From NCBI GenBank assembly GCA_036267755.1, contig DATAVK010000077.1:7855-71854 (forward strand): a stretch of 64,000 nucleotides of DNA. The letters run 5' to 3'. The DNA is from Mycobacteriales bacterium (GTDB lineage Bacteria > Actinomycetota > Actinomycetes > JAFAQI01). Made by a program: the position numbers and the translations under genes. A model generated the notes under the pieces. That model was not told the origin of the DNA. It did no database searches and worked only from the letters and a program-made list of their open reading frames with translations. Of this stretch, positions 8,537 to 16,422 are shown one piece after another. Positions within the stretch are counted from its first letter, which is position 1; the number at the start of each line of letters is the position of its first letter.

Positions 8537-11500
8537 ATGAGGTCTTCGGTGCAGCGACTCGGTTCTCGGCGGCTCGGCGCCATCGTCGCCTGCGGGGTGA
8601 TCGGCGGCTCGGCTTTGGTCGCGGCCGGCGGCGTCGCCTCCGCGGCGACCGGCTTGGCGCCGGGCGACCTCGTGGTCTACCGCGTCGGTGACGGGACGAC
8701 AGCACTGTCAGGTACGGCGGCTCCTGTCTTCCTTGACGAGTACACCCCGGCAGGAACCCTGGTCACGTCGGTGCCGATGCCGACGGTGGCGAGCGGTGCC
8801 GGCCAACCGCTCGTTGCGAGCGGCTCGGCGAGCTCGGAGGGGCTGCTTTCGTTGTCCGGCGACGGCCGCTACCTGGTGGCGCCCGGGTACGACGCCGCCG
8901 TCGGTACGACGAAAATCGCGAGCAGCAGCTCGACCGCCGTACCCCGCACGGTCGCCCGGGTCGACGCCAGCGGCACGGTCGACACGTCGACGGCGCTGAC
9001 CGATTTCGCGACTGGGAACAATCCCCGGTCGGCGACCAGCTCCGACGGAACGTCGATCTGGGTGGGTGGCGCTGCTGGCGGACCGCGCTACACCACGCTC
9101 GGCGCCACGACATCGACGGAGCTGGACAGCGGGACCTTCAAGAACGTCCGGCAAGTCGCGGACTTCGACGGCCAGCTCTACGCCTCGGCCGACCCCACCA
9201 AAGCCGGGCTGACGATCGGCACCGTCGGCAGCGGGCTTCCGACCACGACCGGCCAGACCGTCAGCAACCTGCCGTTCGCCCCGCCTCCCGGCGACCCCTA
9301 CGGCTACTCGTTGCTCACGCTCGGCAACGGCACCGCTCCTGACACTTTGTACGAAGCTGACCTCACGGCAGGCGCGGTCGTGAAGTACGGCCTGGTCAGT
9401 GGTAGCTGGGTCGCCGAGGGTTCGGTCCAGGTATCGAGCCCAGAGGGCCTCACTGCGAACGACGACAACGGCACGGTCAGCATCTACGCGACCAGCAGCG
9501 GTGCGAACGGCACCAGCGGCACGGTGTACGCGATCTCCGACAGCAGCGGCGTCGGCGGGACCCTGACCGGCACCGCCACCCCGATCGCGACGCTGCCCGC
9601 CAACGAGGCGGCCCGCGGCATCGCGTTCGCGCCCGGCACGGTGATCGGCACCGGCGGCGGCATCAAGCCGCCGCCCGTCGTCCCGACCATCAGCACCCCA
9701 CGCAGCGCGCTCCCGGCCGCGCTCGGCGACCCCACCAACCCGACACTGCCCGTGACCGTCGGTGATCCGGACGTCGATGCCAGCCAGCTCACGGTCACGG
9801 TCACGTCGTCGGACGCCTCGATCGCTCCCGACGACGGCATCACGATCTCCGGGTCGGGCGCCGACCGGACTCTCACGGTGACGCCAGCCGCCGTCGGCAT
9901 CGCGACCATCACCCTCACCGTGACTGCACCGGATGAGTCGTCGGCCAGCGAGCAGATCCGGTACGGCGTGTCCGCGGACCTCACGGGTGATCTCGGGCCG
10001 CAGGGCTCCGGGCTGCGGTACTACTCCGGCGCGGGAAACGCCTCGGCCGCCGTCGACGTGGGTGGCGGATACGCGGTCGTCGCCGATGACGAGAACGACG
10101 TGCTGCGGCTCTACGACCTGAGCGAGTCCGGCCCGCCGGTGCAGACCTTCGACTTCACCGGGCAGCTGCCGTTCGGGACCAGCGAGGTCGACGTCGAAGC
10201 CGCGGCCCGAGTCGGCAACGTCATCTACTGGGAGGGGTCGATGAGCACCGGCTCGAGTGGCGACCTCGAACCCGCCAGGAGCACGGTCTTCGCGACCAGC
10301 GTGTCCGGCACGGGTGCCAACACGACGCTGACGTATCTCGGCAGCTACACCGGCCTGCTCGGCGACCTGATCGCCTGGGACCAAAGCAATGGCAACGCCC
10401 TCGGGCTGGCCGCCTCGGCTGCCGCCGGAGTCGGTGGTCACGAAGCCGACGCGCTCAACGTCGAGGGTCTCGAGTTCGCGGCCGGCAGCAGCTCGACGGC
10501 GTACCTCGCCTTCCGGGCGCCGCTGGAGCCGACCACCAACCGTCATCTCGCGATGCTCATCCCGGTGACCAACTTCGCCGACCTCGCGACGAACGGGAAC
10601 CCGGGAACCACCCACGCCACGTTCGGATCGCCGATCTTCTTCGACCTCGGCGGCCTCGGTATCCGCGACATCCGCGAGAACGCAGACGGGCAGTACCTCA
10701 TCGTCGCCGGCACCGCGGACGACTCCAACAGCGGATTCGTCCTCTACACCTGGGACGGCAACCCGGCGCACGCGCCGCGACAGACGCAGACCGTCCTTCC
10801 GCAGCTCCCTTCGGCGGACAACCTGGGGGCATGGGAAACCATCGTCAGCACGCCCGATCCGCTCGTGTCGGGTGCGCCGGTCCAGCTGCTCCAGGACGAC
10901 GGCGACGTCGACTGGTACGGCGACGGCCTGACCTCGAAGACCGGCACCGTGACCGACCTGCAGAAGGACCTCGGCGTGGTGTTCGACTACGCAGCGCCGA
11001 CGCCGCAGGCCACAGCGGTGACCGTCACATCGAGCGCCAACCCGACCGCGCCCGGCAAGGCCGTGACCCTCACAGCCACGGTGTCCGGCCTCGCCGACGA
11101 GGCCACGCCGACTGGCTCGGTGACCTTCTCGATCACCGGCGCCGACGGCTCCCACGTCAGCTGCTCCGGGTCCAACACCGTGACCCTCGGTGGCGGAGTA
11201 GCGACCTGCTCGCTCCCGGCCGGCGCGTTGCGGGCGAGCGGATCGGCCTACACGGTGACGGCGAGCTACGCCGGGACCGCCGACGACGCCGGCAGTGTCG
11301 GCACGCTCACCGAGACGGTCACCGGCGCGCCGACAGTGACCGCGGCGGCCGCCGTGACGTTGTTGCCGAAGGCCGGCCGGTCGGTCGCGGTGCTTGCGGC
11401 CGTCATCCCGACCAAGTCCGTCCCCGCGCTGCTCACCGGCTCGGTCATCTTCACGGTGACCGACAGCAGCGGTCACGTCACCGGCACCGGATCGGCAGCG

Positions 11501-11650
11501 CTCACGCCCTTCCTGCCGGTCGCCAGCTTCACCATCCCCGGCGCTGCGCTGCCGGCCGCTGGCACGTACTCGGTGCAGGTCCGGTACTCCGGGGACGAGT
11601 TCTACTCGCCGAGCACGACCAGCTTCAGTCTGCGGATCAGTCGCGCCTAG
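8537..11650 (+). CDS. large secreted multi-domain protein with C-terminal Ig-like (Big-type) repeats
   Basis: 1037 aa. N-terminal signal peptide (RRLGAIVACGVIGGSALVAAGGVASAAT). Thr/Ser/Gly-rich beta-rich regions. Several roughly 90-aa Ig-like repeats at the C-terminus (AVTVTSSANPTAPGKAVTLTATVSG..., VIFTVTDSSGHVTGTGSA...). Confidence 0.7.
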   Translation: MRSSVQRLGSRRLGAIVACGVIGGSALVAAGGVASAATGLAPGDLVVYRVGDGTTALSGTAAPVFLDEYTPAGTLVTSVPMPTVASGAGQPLVASGSASSEGLLSLSGDGRYLVAPGYDAAVGTTKIASSSSTAVPRTVARVDASGTVDTSTALTDFATGNNPRSATSSDGTSIWVGGAAGGPRYTTLGATTSTELDSGTFKNVRQVADFDGQLYASADPTKAGLTIGTVGSGLPTTTGQTVSNLPFAPPPGDPYGYSLLTLGNGTAPDTLYEADLTAGAVVKYGLVSGSWVAEGSVQVSSPEGLTANDDNGTVSIYATSSGANGTSGTVYAISDSSGVGGTLTGTATPIATLPANEAARGIAFAPGTVIGTGGGIKPPPVVPTISTPRSALPAALGDPTNPTLPVTVGDPDVDASQLTVTVTSSDASIAPDDGITISGSGADRTLTVTPAAVGIATITLTVTAPDESSASEQIRYGVSADLTGDLGPQGSGLRYYSGAGNASAAVDVGGGYAVVADDENDVLRLYDLSESGPPVQTFDFTGQLPFGTSEVDVEAAARVGNVIYWEGSMSTGSSGDLEPARSTVFATSVSGTGANTTLTYLGSYTGLLGDLIAWDQSNGNALGLAASAAAGVGGHEADALNVEGLEFAAGSSSTAYLAFRAPLEPTTNRHLAMLIPVTNFADLATNGNPGTTHATFGSPIFFDLGGLGIRDIRENADGQYLIVAGTADDSNSGFVLYTWDGNPAHAPRQTQTVLPQLPSADNLGAWETIVSTPDPLVSGAPVQLLQDDGDVDWYGDGLTSKTGTVTDLQKDLGVVFDYAAPTPQATAVTVTSSANPTAPGKAVTLTATVSGLADEATPTGSVTFSITGADGSHVSCSGSNTVTLGGGVATCSLPAGALRASGSAYTVTASYAGTADDAGSVGTLTETVTGAPTVTAAAAVTLLPKAGRSVAVLAAVIPTKSVPALLTGSVIFTVTDSSGHVTGTGSAALTPFLPVASFTIPGAALPAAGTYSVQVRYSGDEFYSPSTTSFSLRISRA

Positions 11651-12366
11651 CGACTGTCACCGACACCGAGGCTGAAGGCGGTGTCCGACACCGGTACGGC
11701 GTCCTTGGCGGGGAACGTCCGGAACGCGTGGTCGGCGACGTGCACGGTGACCCCGAACCAGTACTTCTCGTTGCGGAAATGGTGCAGCCGATGCGCCCGG
11801 TAGACGTAGCGGTAGTAGCGGCTGCGGGGCCGGTACGTCGAGTGGATGAGGAAGTGCGTCCACTCATACGTCAGGTACATCGCTGACGAGACGAGCATCG
11901 CCATGAACGCCAGCCTGACCGTCGGCGCGACGAGCAGGTAGAACGGCACCTGGGCAAGGCACGTCGCGATCAGGACCGGGCGCGGGACCAGGACCAGACC
12001 GAGGACCTTGGGGTCCCGGTGGTGTTGGCGATGCCGCCTGGCGCCCAGCGGGTCCACCGTGAGTCGCCCTATCGTGCGCGGCTTCCAGTGCAGCACGGTG
12101 ACGTGGATGACCCACTCGGTGAAGGGTTGTAGGCCGAGGATCGCCGCGAGCACCACGGCGTCCCAACGTGACCAGCCGCCGAGCGCGATCCGTACGCCGG
12201 CGAAGACCAGCACGAGCGGCGCGAGCACGCGGGCGCTGAACGTCCTGCTGAAGATCGCCGCCGCCCGGCGCAGACCCAGGCCGGGCCCGGTGTAGTCCTC
12301 AGGCTGGGCCTCGCGACCACTCGGCCGCATCTCGGTGACCGCCACCTGGTCAGTGTGACGCCGCAC
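11647..12366 (-). CDS. fatty acid hydroxylase / sterol desaturase superfamily membrane protein
   Basis: His-box motifs HRQHHRD and HRLHHF in a hydrophobic protein. Its stop overlaps the stop of the convergent large gene at a shared CTAG. Confidence 0.75.
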   Translation of the reverse strand: MRRHTDQVAVTEMRPSGREAQPEDYTGPGLGLRRAAAIFSRTFSARVLAPLVLVFAGVRIALGGWSRWDAVVLAAILGLQPFTEWVIHVTVLHWKPRTIGRLTVDPLGARRHRQHHRDPKVLGLVLVPRPVLIATCLAQVPFYLLVAPTVRLAFMAMLVSSAMYLTYEWTHFLIHSTYRPRSRYYRYVYRAHRLHHFRNEKYWFGVTVHVADHAFRTFPAKDAVPVSDTAFSLGVGDSR

Positions 12367-12461
12367 CGGTTCTCGCGCCAGACCGGTCTAGAGCGCCCGG
12401 ATGCCCGCAAAGGCCGCGTCCCGGGGCCGCCCCGGGTTACCGTGCCTAGGTGGATCCGCTC

Positions 12462-12980
12462 ATGGCACCGACCCTGGCGGCCGCTCTCCTGCTCGTCCTG
12501 GCCGGTGCACCGAAGCTGGTGAATCCGCACGACACCCGCCGTGCGCTGCGCTCGGTCGGGTTCCCGGTTCCAGCGATCGCGGTGCGGGCGGGCGGCCTGG
12601 TCGAGGTGGGCATCGGCACGCTGGCGGTGCTGCACGGCGGTCGGGTCGCCGACGGGCTGGTTGCTGCGTCGTACCTCGGGTTCACCGGCTTCGTCATCGT
12701 GGCGCTGCGCAGCGGGGGAGTCATCGCGTCGTGCGGCTGCGTCGGCCGCCCCGACACCCCGCCGACTCTCGCTCACGTGCTGGTCACGGCCGCGTTCACG
12801 GTTTTGACAGGTGTCGCAGCGGCGGTCGGCTCCACCGGCGTGCTGACATGGACCACGTCGTCCATGTCGACGGTCCACCAGGTGGCCGTCCTCGGGTTCG
12901 CCGTCCTGATCGCCTGGCTCGCGTGGCTCGCCCTGGCGGAGCTGCCGCGGCTGCGGGCCATCGAACGCTTCGTTGCCTAA
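12462..12980 (+). CDS. MauE-like (methylamine utilisation protein MauE / DoxX-like) membrane protein
   Basis: Polytopic membrane protein with a C-x-C in a transmembrane helix (IASCGCVGRP), characteristic of the MauE family. ATG at 12462 is preceded by AGGTGG. GTG at 12450 is an alternative start. Confidence 0.65.
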   Translation: MAPTLAAALLLVLAGAPKLVNPHDTRRALRSVGFPVPAIAVRAGGLVEVGIGTLAVLHGGRVADGLVAASYLGFTGFVIVALRSGGVIASCGCVGRPDTPPTLAHVLVTAAFTVLTGVAAAVGSTGVLTWTTSSMSTVHQVAVLGFAVLIAWLAWLALAELPRLRAIERFVA

Positions 12981-12993
12981 TAAGGGGTTCCAC

Positions 12994-13704
12994 GTGTTGG
13001 CACTGGTCATAGCGGAGGGGGTCGCGGTCGCCCTTCTTGGCCTGCTGGTCGCCGGGTTGCTGCGCAGCCACGCCGAGATCCTTCGCGCGCTGCACGACCT
13101 CGGCGCGGACCTCGATCCTGACGGCCGCGCACCCGTCATCCCGGCCACTCGAGTCGCGTCGCTGCGGGCCGAGGACATCGCGCACGACATCGCGGGGCAG
13201 CGGTTGGACGGCAGTGCCGCGGCGGTCGGCGTGGTCGGCGCGCCCCACGACTCGGTGCTGGCCTTCCTTTCCAGTGGCTGCGCGACGTGCCACCCGTTCT
13301 GGGACTCGTTGCGCGCCGGTGTCTCGCCGGTCGGTGATTCTCGCGTGGTCGTCGTCGTCCAGGACGAGGACAACCGCAGCCGGCTGCAGCAGCTCGCCGG
13401 AGCTGACCTCGACGTGGTCGCCTCGTCACGTGCGTGGGCTGACTACGGCGTCCCGGGTTCCCCGCACATCGTCCAGGTGCACGGCCCGACCGGCCGGGTC
13501 GTCGGTGAGGGCACCGGCCAGACCTGGGAGCAGGTGATGGACTTGCTCAGTCACGGTGATGACGCCCGCCGCGGGTCGAGACAGGAACCCGGGACCGACG
13601 ACCGGGACAACGCCACCCGGATCGACGCCGAGCTCGCTGCGGCGGGGATCGGGCCGGGCCATCCGAGCCTGCACGACGAGCGGCCGCCGCTGGAGACCGG
13701 GTGA
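12994..13704 (+). CDS. membrane-anchored thioredoxin-like thiol:disulfide oxidoreductase (TlpA/ResA/MauD-like)
   Basis: N-terminal TM anchor, then a CxxC thioredoxin motif (SSGCATCHPFW) and a redoxin-like fold. Acidic, disordered C-terminal tail. GTG start with AAGGGG RBS. The ORF track begins at TTG 12973. Confidence 0.7.
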   Translation: MLALVIAEGVAVALLGLLVAGLLRSHAEILRALHDLGADLDPDGRAPVIPATRVASLRAEDIAHDIAGQRLDGSAAAVGVVGAPHDSVLAFLSSGCATCHPFWDSLRAGVSPVGDSRVVVVVQDEDNRSRLQQLAGADLDVVASSRAWADYGVPGSPHIVQVHGPTGRVVGEGTGQTWEQVMDLLSHGDDARRGSRQEPGTDDRDNATRIDAELAAAGIGPGHPSLHDERPPLETG

Positions 13705-13790
13705 GCGGAGCTGCCATCACGCTGGTGCTGGGCGTCGCGGCGGCTGTGGTGGCCGGGCTCCGCGCGACCTGGTCACCTTGAGGTGAGTCG

Positions 13791-14384
13791 ATGCTGGCGA
13801 GCATCAGCCCGCTAGTTGAGCGGGCACCCGGAACCCGATGGTGGCGCCTGGCCGGTTCATACCTGGTCGGGTCGGTCGTCGGTGGCTCGGCCGTGGGCGC
13901 TGCCCTCGGCGCGGTGGGCGAGGCGGTGCGGCTCCGGCACTCGTGGGTCGCCCTCGCCGCGGTCACTGCGGCACTGGCCGTCCTTGCGGCACTTGCCGAC
14001 CTGGCCGGTCGGGTGCCGAGTCGGCGGCGACAGGTGGACGAGACCTGGTTGTCGACGTACCGCGACTGGGTGATCGGGACCGGGTTCGGCGTCCAGCTCG
14101 GCGTGGGGGCGGTCACGATCGTCACCTCCGCGTCGACGTACCTGACGTGGTGGTTCGAGGCGGCCTCGGGCTCCGCTGTCGCGGGAGCGGTGATCGGCGG
14201 CTGCTTCGGTCTGGCGCGCGGCCTGCCATTGCTCAGCATGGCCGGCGTCCGCGACGCGGGCGAGCTGCGTCGGCGCAATGCCGCGATCGTCACCGCTCTG
14301 CCCGTCGCTCGCCGGCTCGCCGTCGGTGCGCAGCTGTCGATCGCCGGCCTGGTCGGCGTCGCCGCCGTTGTGGCGGCTCGCTGA
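13791..14384 (+). CDS. integral membrane protein of unknown function (about 5-6 TM)
   Basis: ATG preceded by GAGGTGA. Hydrophobic throughout. Stop overlaps the next start by 1 nt. Confidence 0.55.
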   Translation: MLASISPLVERAPGTRWWRLAGSYLVGSVVGGSAVGAALGAVGEAVRLRHSWVALAAVTAALAVLAALADLAGRVPSRRRQVDETWLSTYRDWVIGTGFGVQLGVGAVTIVTSASTYLTWWFEAASGSAVAGAVIGGCFGLARGLPLLSMAGVRDAGELRRRNAAIVTALPVARRLAVGAQLSIAGLVGVAAVVAAR

Positions 14385-14830
14385 TGGCGCAGGTGCATGC
14401 CTACGGCCTCTCGCTCGAGGCCCCGACGGGGTGGGACGTTCACGTCTACCGGCGGCAGACCGACGACGGGAGTACGCCGTACCCGATCGTGCACGCCTCG
14501 AACTTCCCGTTGCCGCGACGCCGCGGCGACTTCGGGGTGGGCGCCGTCGAACGGATGTCGCGGGACCACGTGCTCGTGGTGCTCTTCGAGTACGAGCCCG
14601 CCGCGGCGCACACCCCGCTGTTTCGGGTGACCCGCCGGCCGCAGCCGCGGGCTCACGACTTCCACCCCCAGCAGCTGCAGCGCACCGTCCCCGGTCAGAG
14701 CGGGGCCCAGTGGTTCTTCACCGAGGGCAACCGCCCGTTCTGCCTTTACGTCGTCATGGGCGGTCACACCCGCCGCGCCCAGCTGCTGCCCCACGTCCAC
14801 CGGCTGCTCGACAGCCTGATCGTGCACTAG
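14384..14830 (+). CDS. hypothetical cytoplasmic protein (148 aa) in the MauE-like operon
   Basis: ATG at 14384 overlaps the upstream stop (TGATG). No signal peptide. High GC3 codon usage. Internal part of ORF 13838..14830. Confidence 0.5.
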   Translation: MAQVHAYGLSLEAPTGWDVHVYRRQTDDGSTPYPIVHASNFPLPRRRGDFGVGAVERMSRDHVLVVLFEYEPAAAHTPLFRVTRRPQPRAHDFHPQQLQRTVPGQSGAQWFFTEGNRPFCLYVVMGGHTRRAQLLPHVHRLLDSLIVH

Positions 14831-14840
14831 GAGGACGAAC

Positions 14841-16406
14841 GTGGTCACCGAACGCTTGGTCAACAAGGCGTCCGAGCTGCTGTCCCACCGGCTGGGACGG
14901 CGCGGCTTCCTGGTGCGCACCGCCGTCGTCGGCTCGGCCCTCGCGACGTCCGGTCTGGACTACGTGCTCAAGCCGCAGAGCGCCTATGCGTCGGTGTGCG
15001 GGAGCGGCTCGTCCTGCTCATCCGGGTGGACGGCGATGTGCTGCACCATCCACGAGGGCGTCAACCAGTGCCCGCCCGGGAGCTTCGCCGGCGGCTGGTG
15101 GAAGGCCGACGGCGCCAGCCTGTGTGGTGGCAAGGCCCGCTACTACATCGACTGCCAGGGTGAGTGCACCCACTGCGGCTGCGGCGGCGGAGCCTTCTGC
15201 GCCTCGCACTGCCTGAACTGCCGGAGTCACTGCGCCGACGGCTCCTGCGACAAACGGCACGTCTGCCACAACGTCTTCCGGTACGGCCAGTGCGACCGCA
15301 ACCGGCACTGCTCGGGCCCTGTGCTGTGTCGCGCGATCTCGTGCACGCCGCCGTGGAAGTGGGCCGACTGCAGTGATGCCAGCGCCACCGATAACGCGAC
15401 CCGGACCCACTCCGCGTCCTGCCTGTCCGGCTGGACCCACATCGCTAAGCGATACACCGCCCTCGGATCGCAGGGATCGGTCCTCGGCGCCTCCGTCAAC
15501 GGTGAGCACACCTCCGGGCACGCCAAGATCCAGCACTACGTCCATGGCCGGATGTACTGGTCGCAGGACACCGGTGCGCACTATCTCATCGGAAGGGTGG
15601 TCCACCGGTACGACGTGATCGGCCAGAACCATTCGCCGCTCGGCCTGCCGACCTCGGACGCCAAGCGACTCCCCGACCACGGTCTGGCGGCGCACTTCCA
15701 GCACGGCGCGATCTACGAGCGACCGAACGGCAATGCTCACGCGATATGGGGGACGGTCTATACGAAGTGGCATCAACTCGGTGACCAGACCGGCCCACTC
15801 GGATATCCGACGAGCGACGTGGTCGACATCGTGTCCGGCGGGGTGCGGGCGACGTTCGTGCACGGCGGCATCTACAACGGCCCCGACACCGCTGCCCACG
15901 CAGTCTGGGGACCGCTCTACACGACGTACGTCGGGCTAGACCAACAGGCGGGCCTGCTCGGCTTCCCCCGCAGCGACGTGACGGTGAACGCTGATGGGGT
16001 TGGCAGCCACGTCCGCTTCGTCGACGGGATCGTCGAGCGGGACCCGGCCGGCGAGGTGCACTCGCTGTGGGACGCAGTGGGCACCGCGTACATCGCGCTG
16101 GGGGCCGACGCGTCGCCGTTGGGGTATCCCACAACGGACGTCGAGACCGGCAGCGATTCGCCTGACGGGGAGACCTTCGCCAGGTTCGCGACTTTCGTCA
16201 ACGGCACACCAACCCTCAGCGGTTCCATCACGCTGGCCCCGGAAGCCACGACAGCGTTCGGTGTGTGGGGCCCGATCTACACGCAATGGCAAAAAGACGG
16301 CGGCGCCACTGGCGCCCTGGGCTATCCGATTTCGAACGTGACGACCAACTCCGACGGCACCCAGACGTGCACGTTCCAGCACGGGACTCTCACGTACAAC
16401 CCGTGA
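14841..16406 (+). CDS. Tat-exported protein with hyper-cysteine-rich domain and C-terminal LGFP repeats
   Basis: GTG at 14841 preceded by AGGAGGA. Twin-arginine signal (GRRGFLVRTAVVGSALATSG, AYA cleavage region). About 22 Cys between residues 51-195 (CPPG, CTHCGCGGG, SHCLNCRSHC). At least 5 LGFP-type repeats (SPLGLPTSD, GPLGYPTSD, GLLGFPRSD, SPLGYPTTD, GALGYPISN). Confidence 0.7.
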   Translation: MVTERLVNKASELLSHRLGRRGFLVRTAVVGSALATSGLDYVLKPQSAYASVCGSGSSCSSGWTAMCCTIHEGVNQCPPGSFAGGWWKADGASLCGGKARYYIDCQGECTHCGCGGGAFCASHCLNCRSHCADGSCDKRHVCHNVFRYGQCDRNRHCSGPVLCRAISCTPPWKWADCSDASATDNATRTHSASCLSGWTHIAKRYTALGSQGSVLGASVNGEHTSGHAKIQHYVHGRMYWSQDTGAHYLIGRVVHRYDVIGQNHSPLGLPTSDAKRLPDHGLAAHFQHGAIYERPNGNAHAIWGTVYTKWHQLGDQTGPLGYPTSDVVDIVSGGVRATFVHGGIYNGPDTAAHAVWGPLYTTYVGLDQQAGLLGFPRSDVTVNADGVGSHVRFVDGIVERDPAGEVHSLWDAVGTAYIALGADASPLGYPTTDVETGSDSPDGETFARFATFVNGTPTLSGSITLAPEATTAFGVWGPIYTQWQKDGGATGALGYPISNVTTNSDGTQTCTFQHGTLTYNP

Positions 16407-16422
16407 ACTGGACCGCCCGCGG

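Noticed and set aside
8708-11476. 922-aa minus-strand ORF antisense to the large secreted protein gene
   Set aside because: Arg/Gly/Asp-rich low-complexity translation with no domain resemblance, typical of antisense frames in 70% GC DNA. The plus-strand gene has a signal peptide and Ig-like repeats.
12069-13373. 434-aa minus-strand ORF spanning the MauE-like and thioredoxin-like genes
   Set aside because: Antisense artefact. Arg/Ser/Pro-rich, crosses two clearly coding plus-strand genes and the hydroxylase gene.
13547-14920. 457-aa minus-strand ORF across the membrane-protein / hypothetical genes
   Set aside because: Low-complexity Arg/Ala/Pro-rich antisense ORF. The plus strand has coherent operon structure with RBSs and overlapping stops/starts.
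12462-16406. Bona fide methylamine/aralkylamine dehydrogenase (mau) cluster
   Set aside because: No heavy-subunit (MauB beta-propeller), MauG di-haem peroxidase or amicyanin genes. The Cys-rich protein is fused to LGFP repeats and its motif order differs from MauA. Treated as MauE/MauD-like module with a novel cargo.
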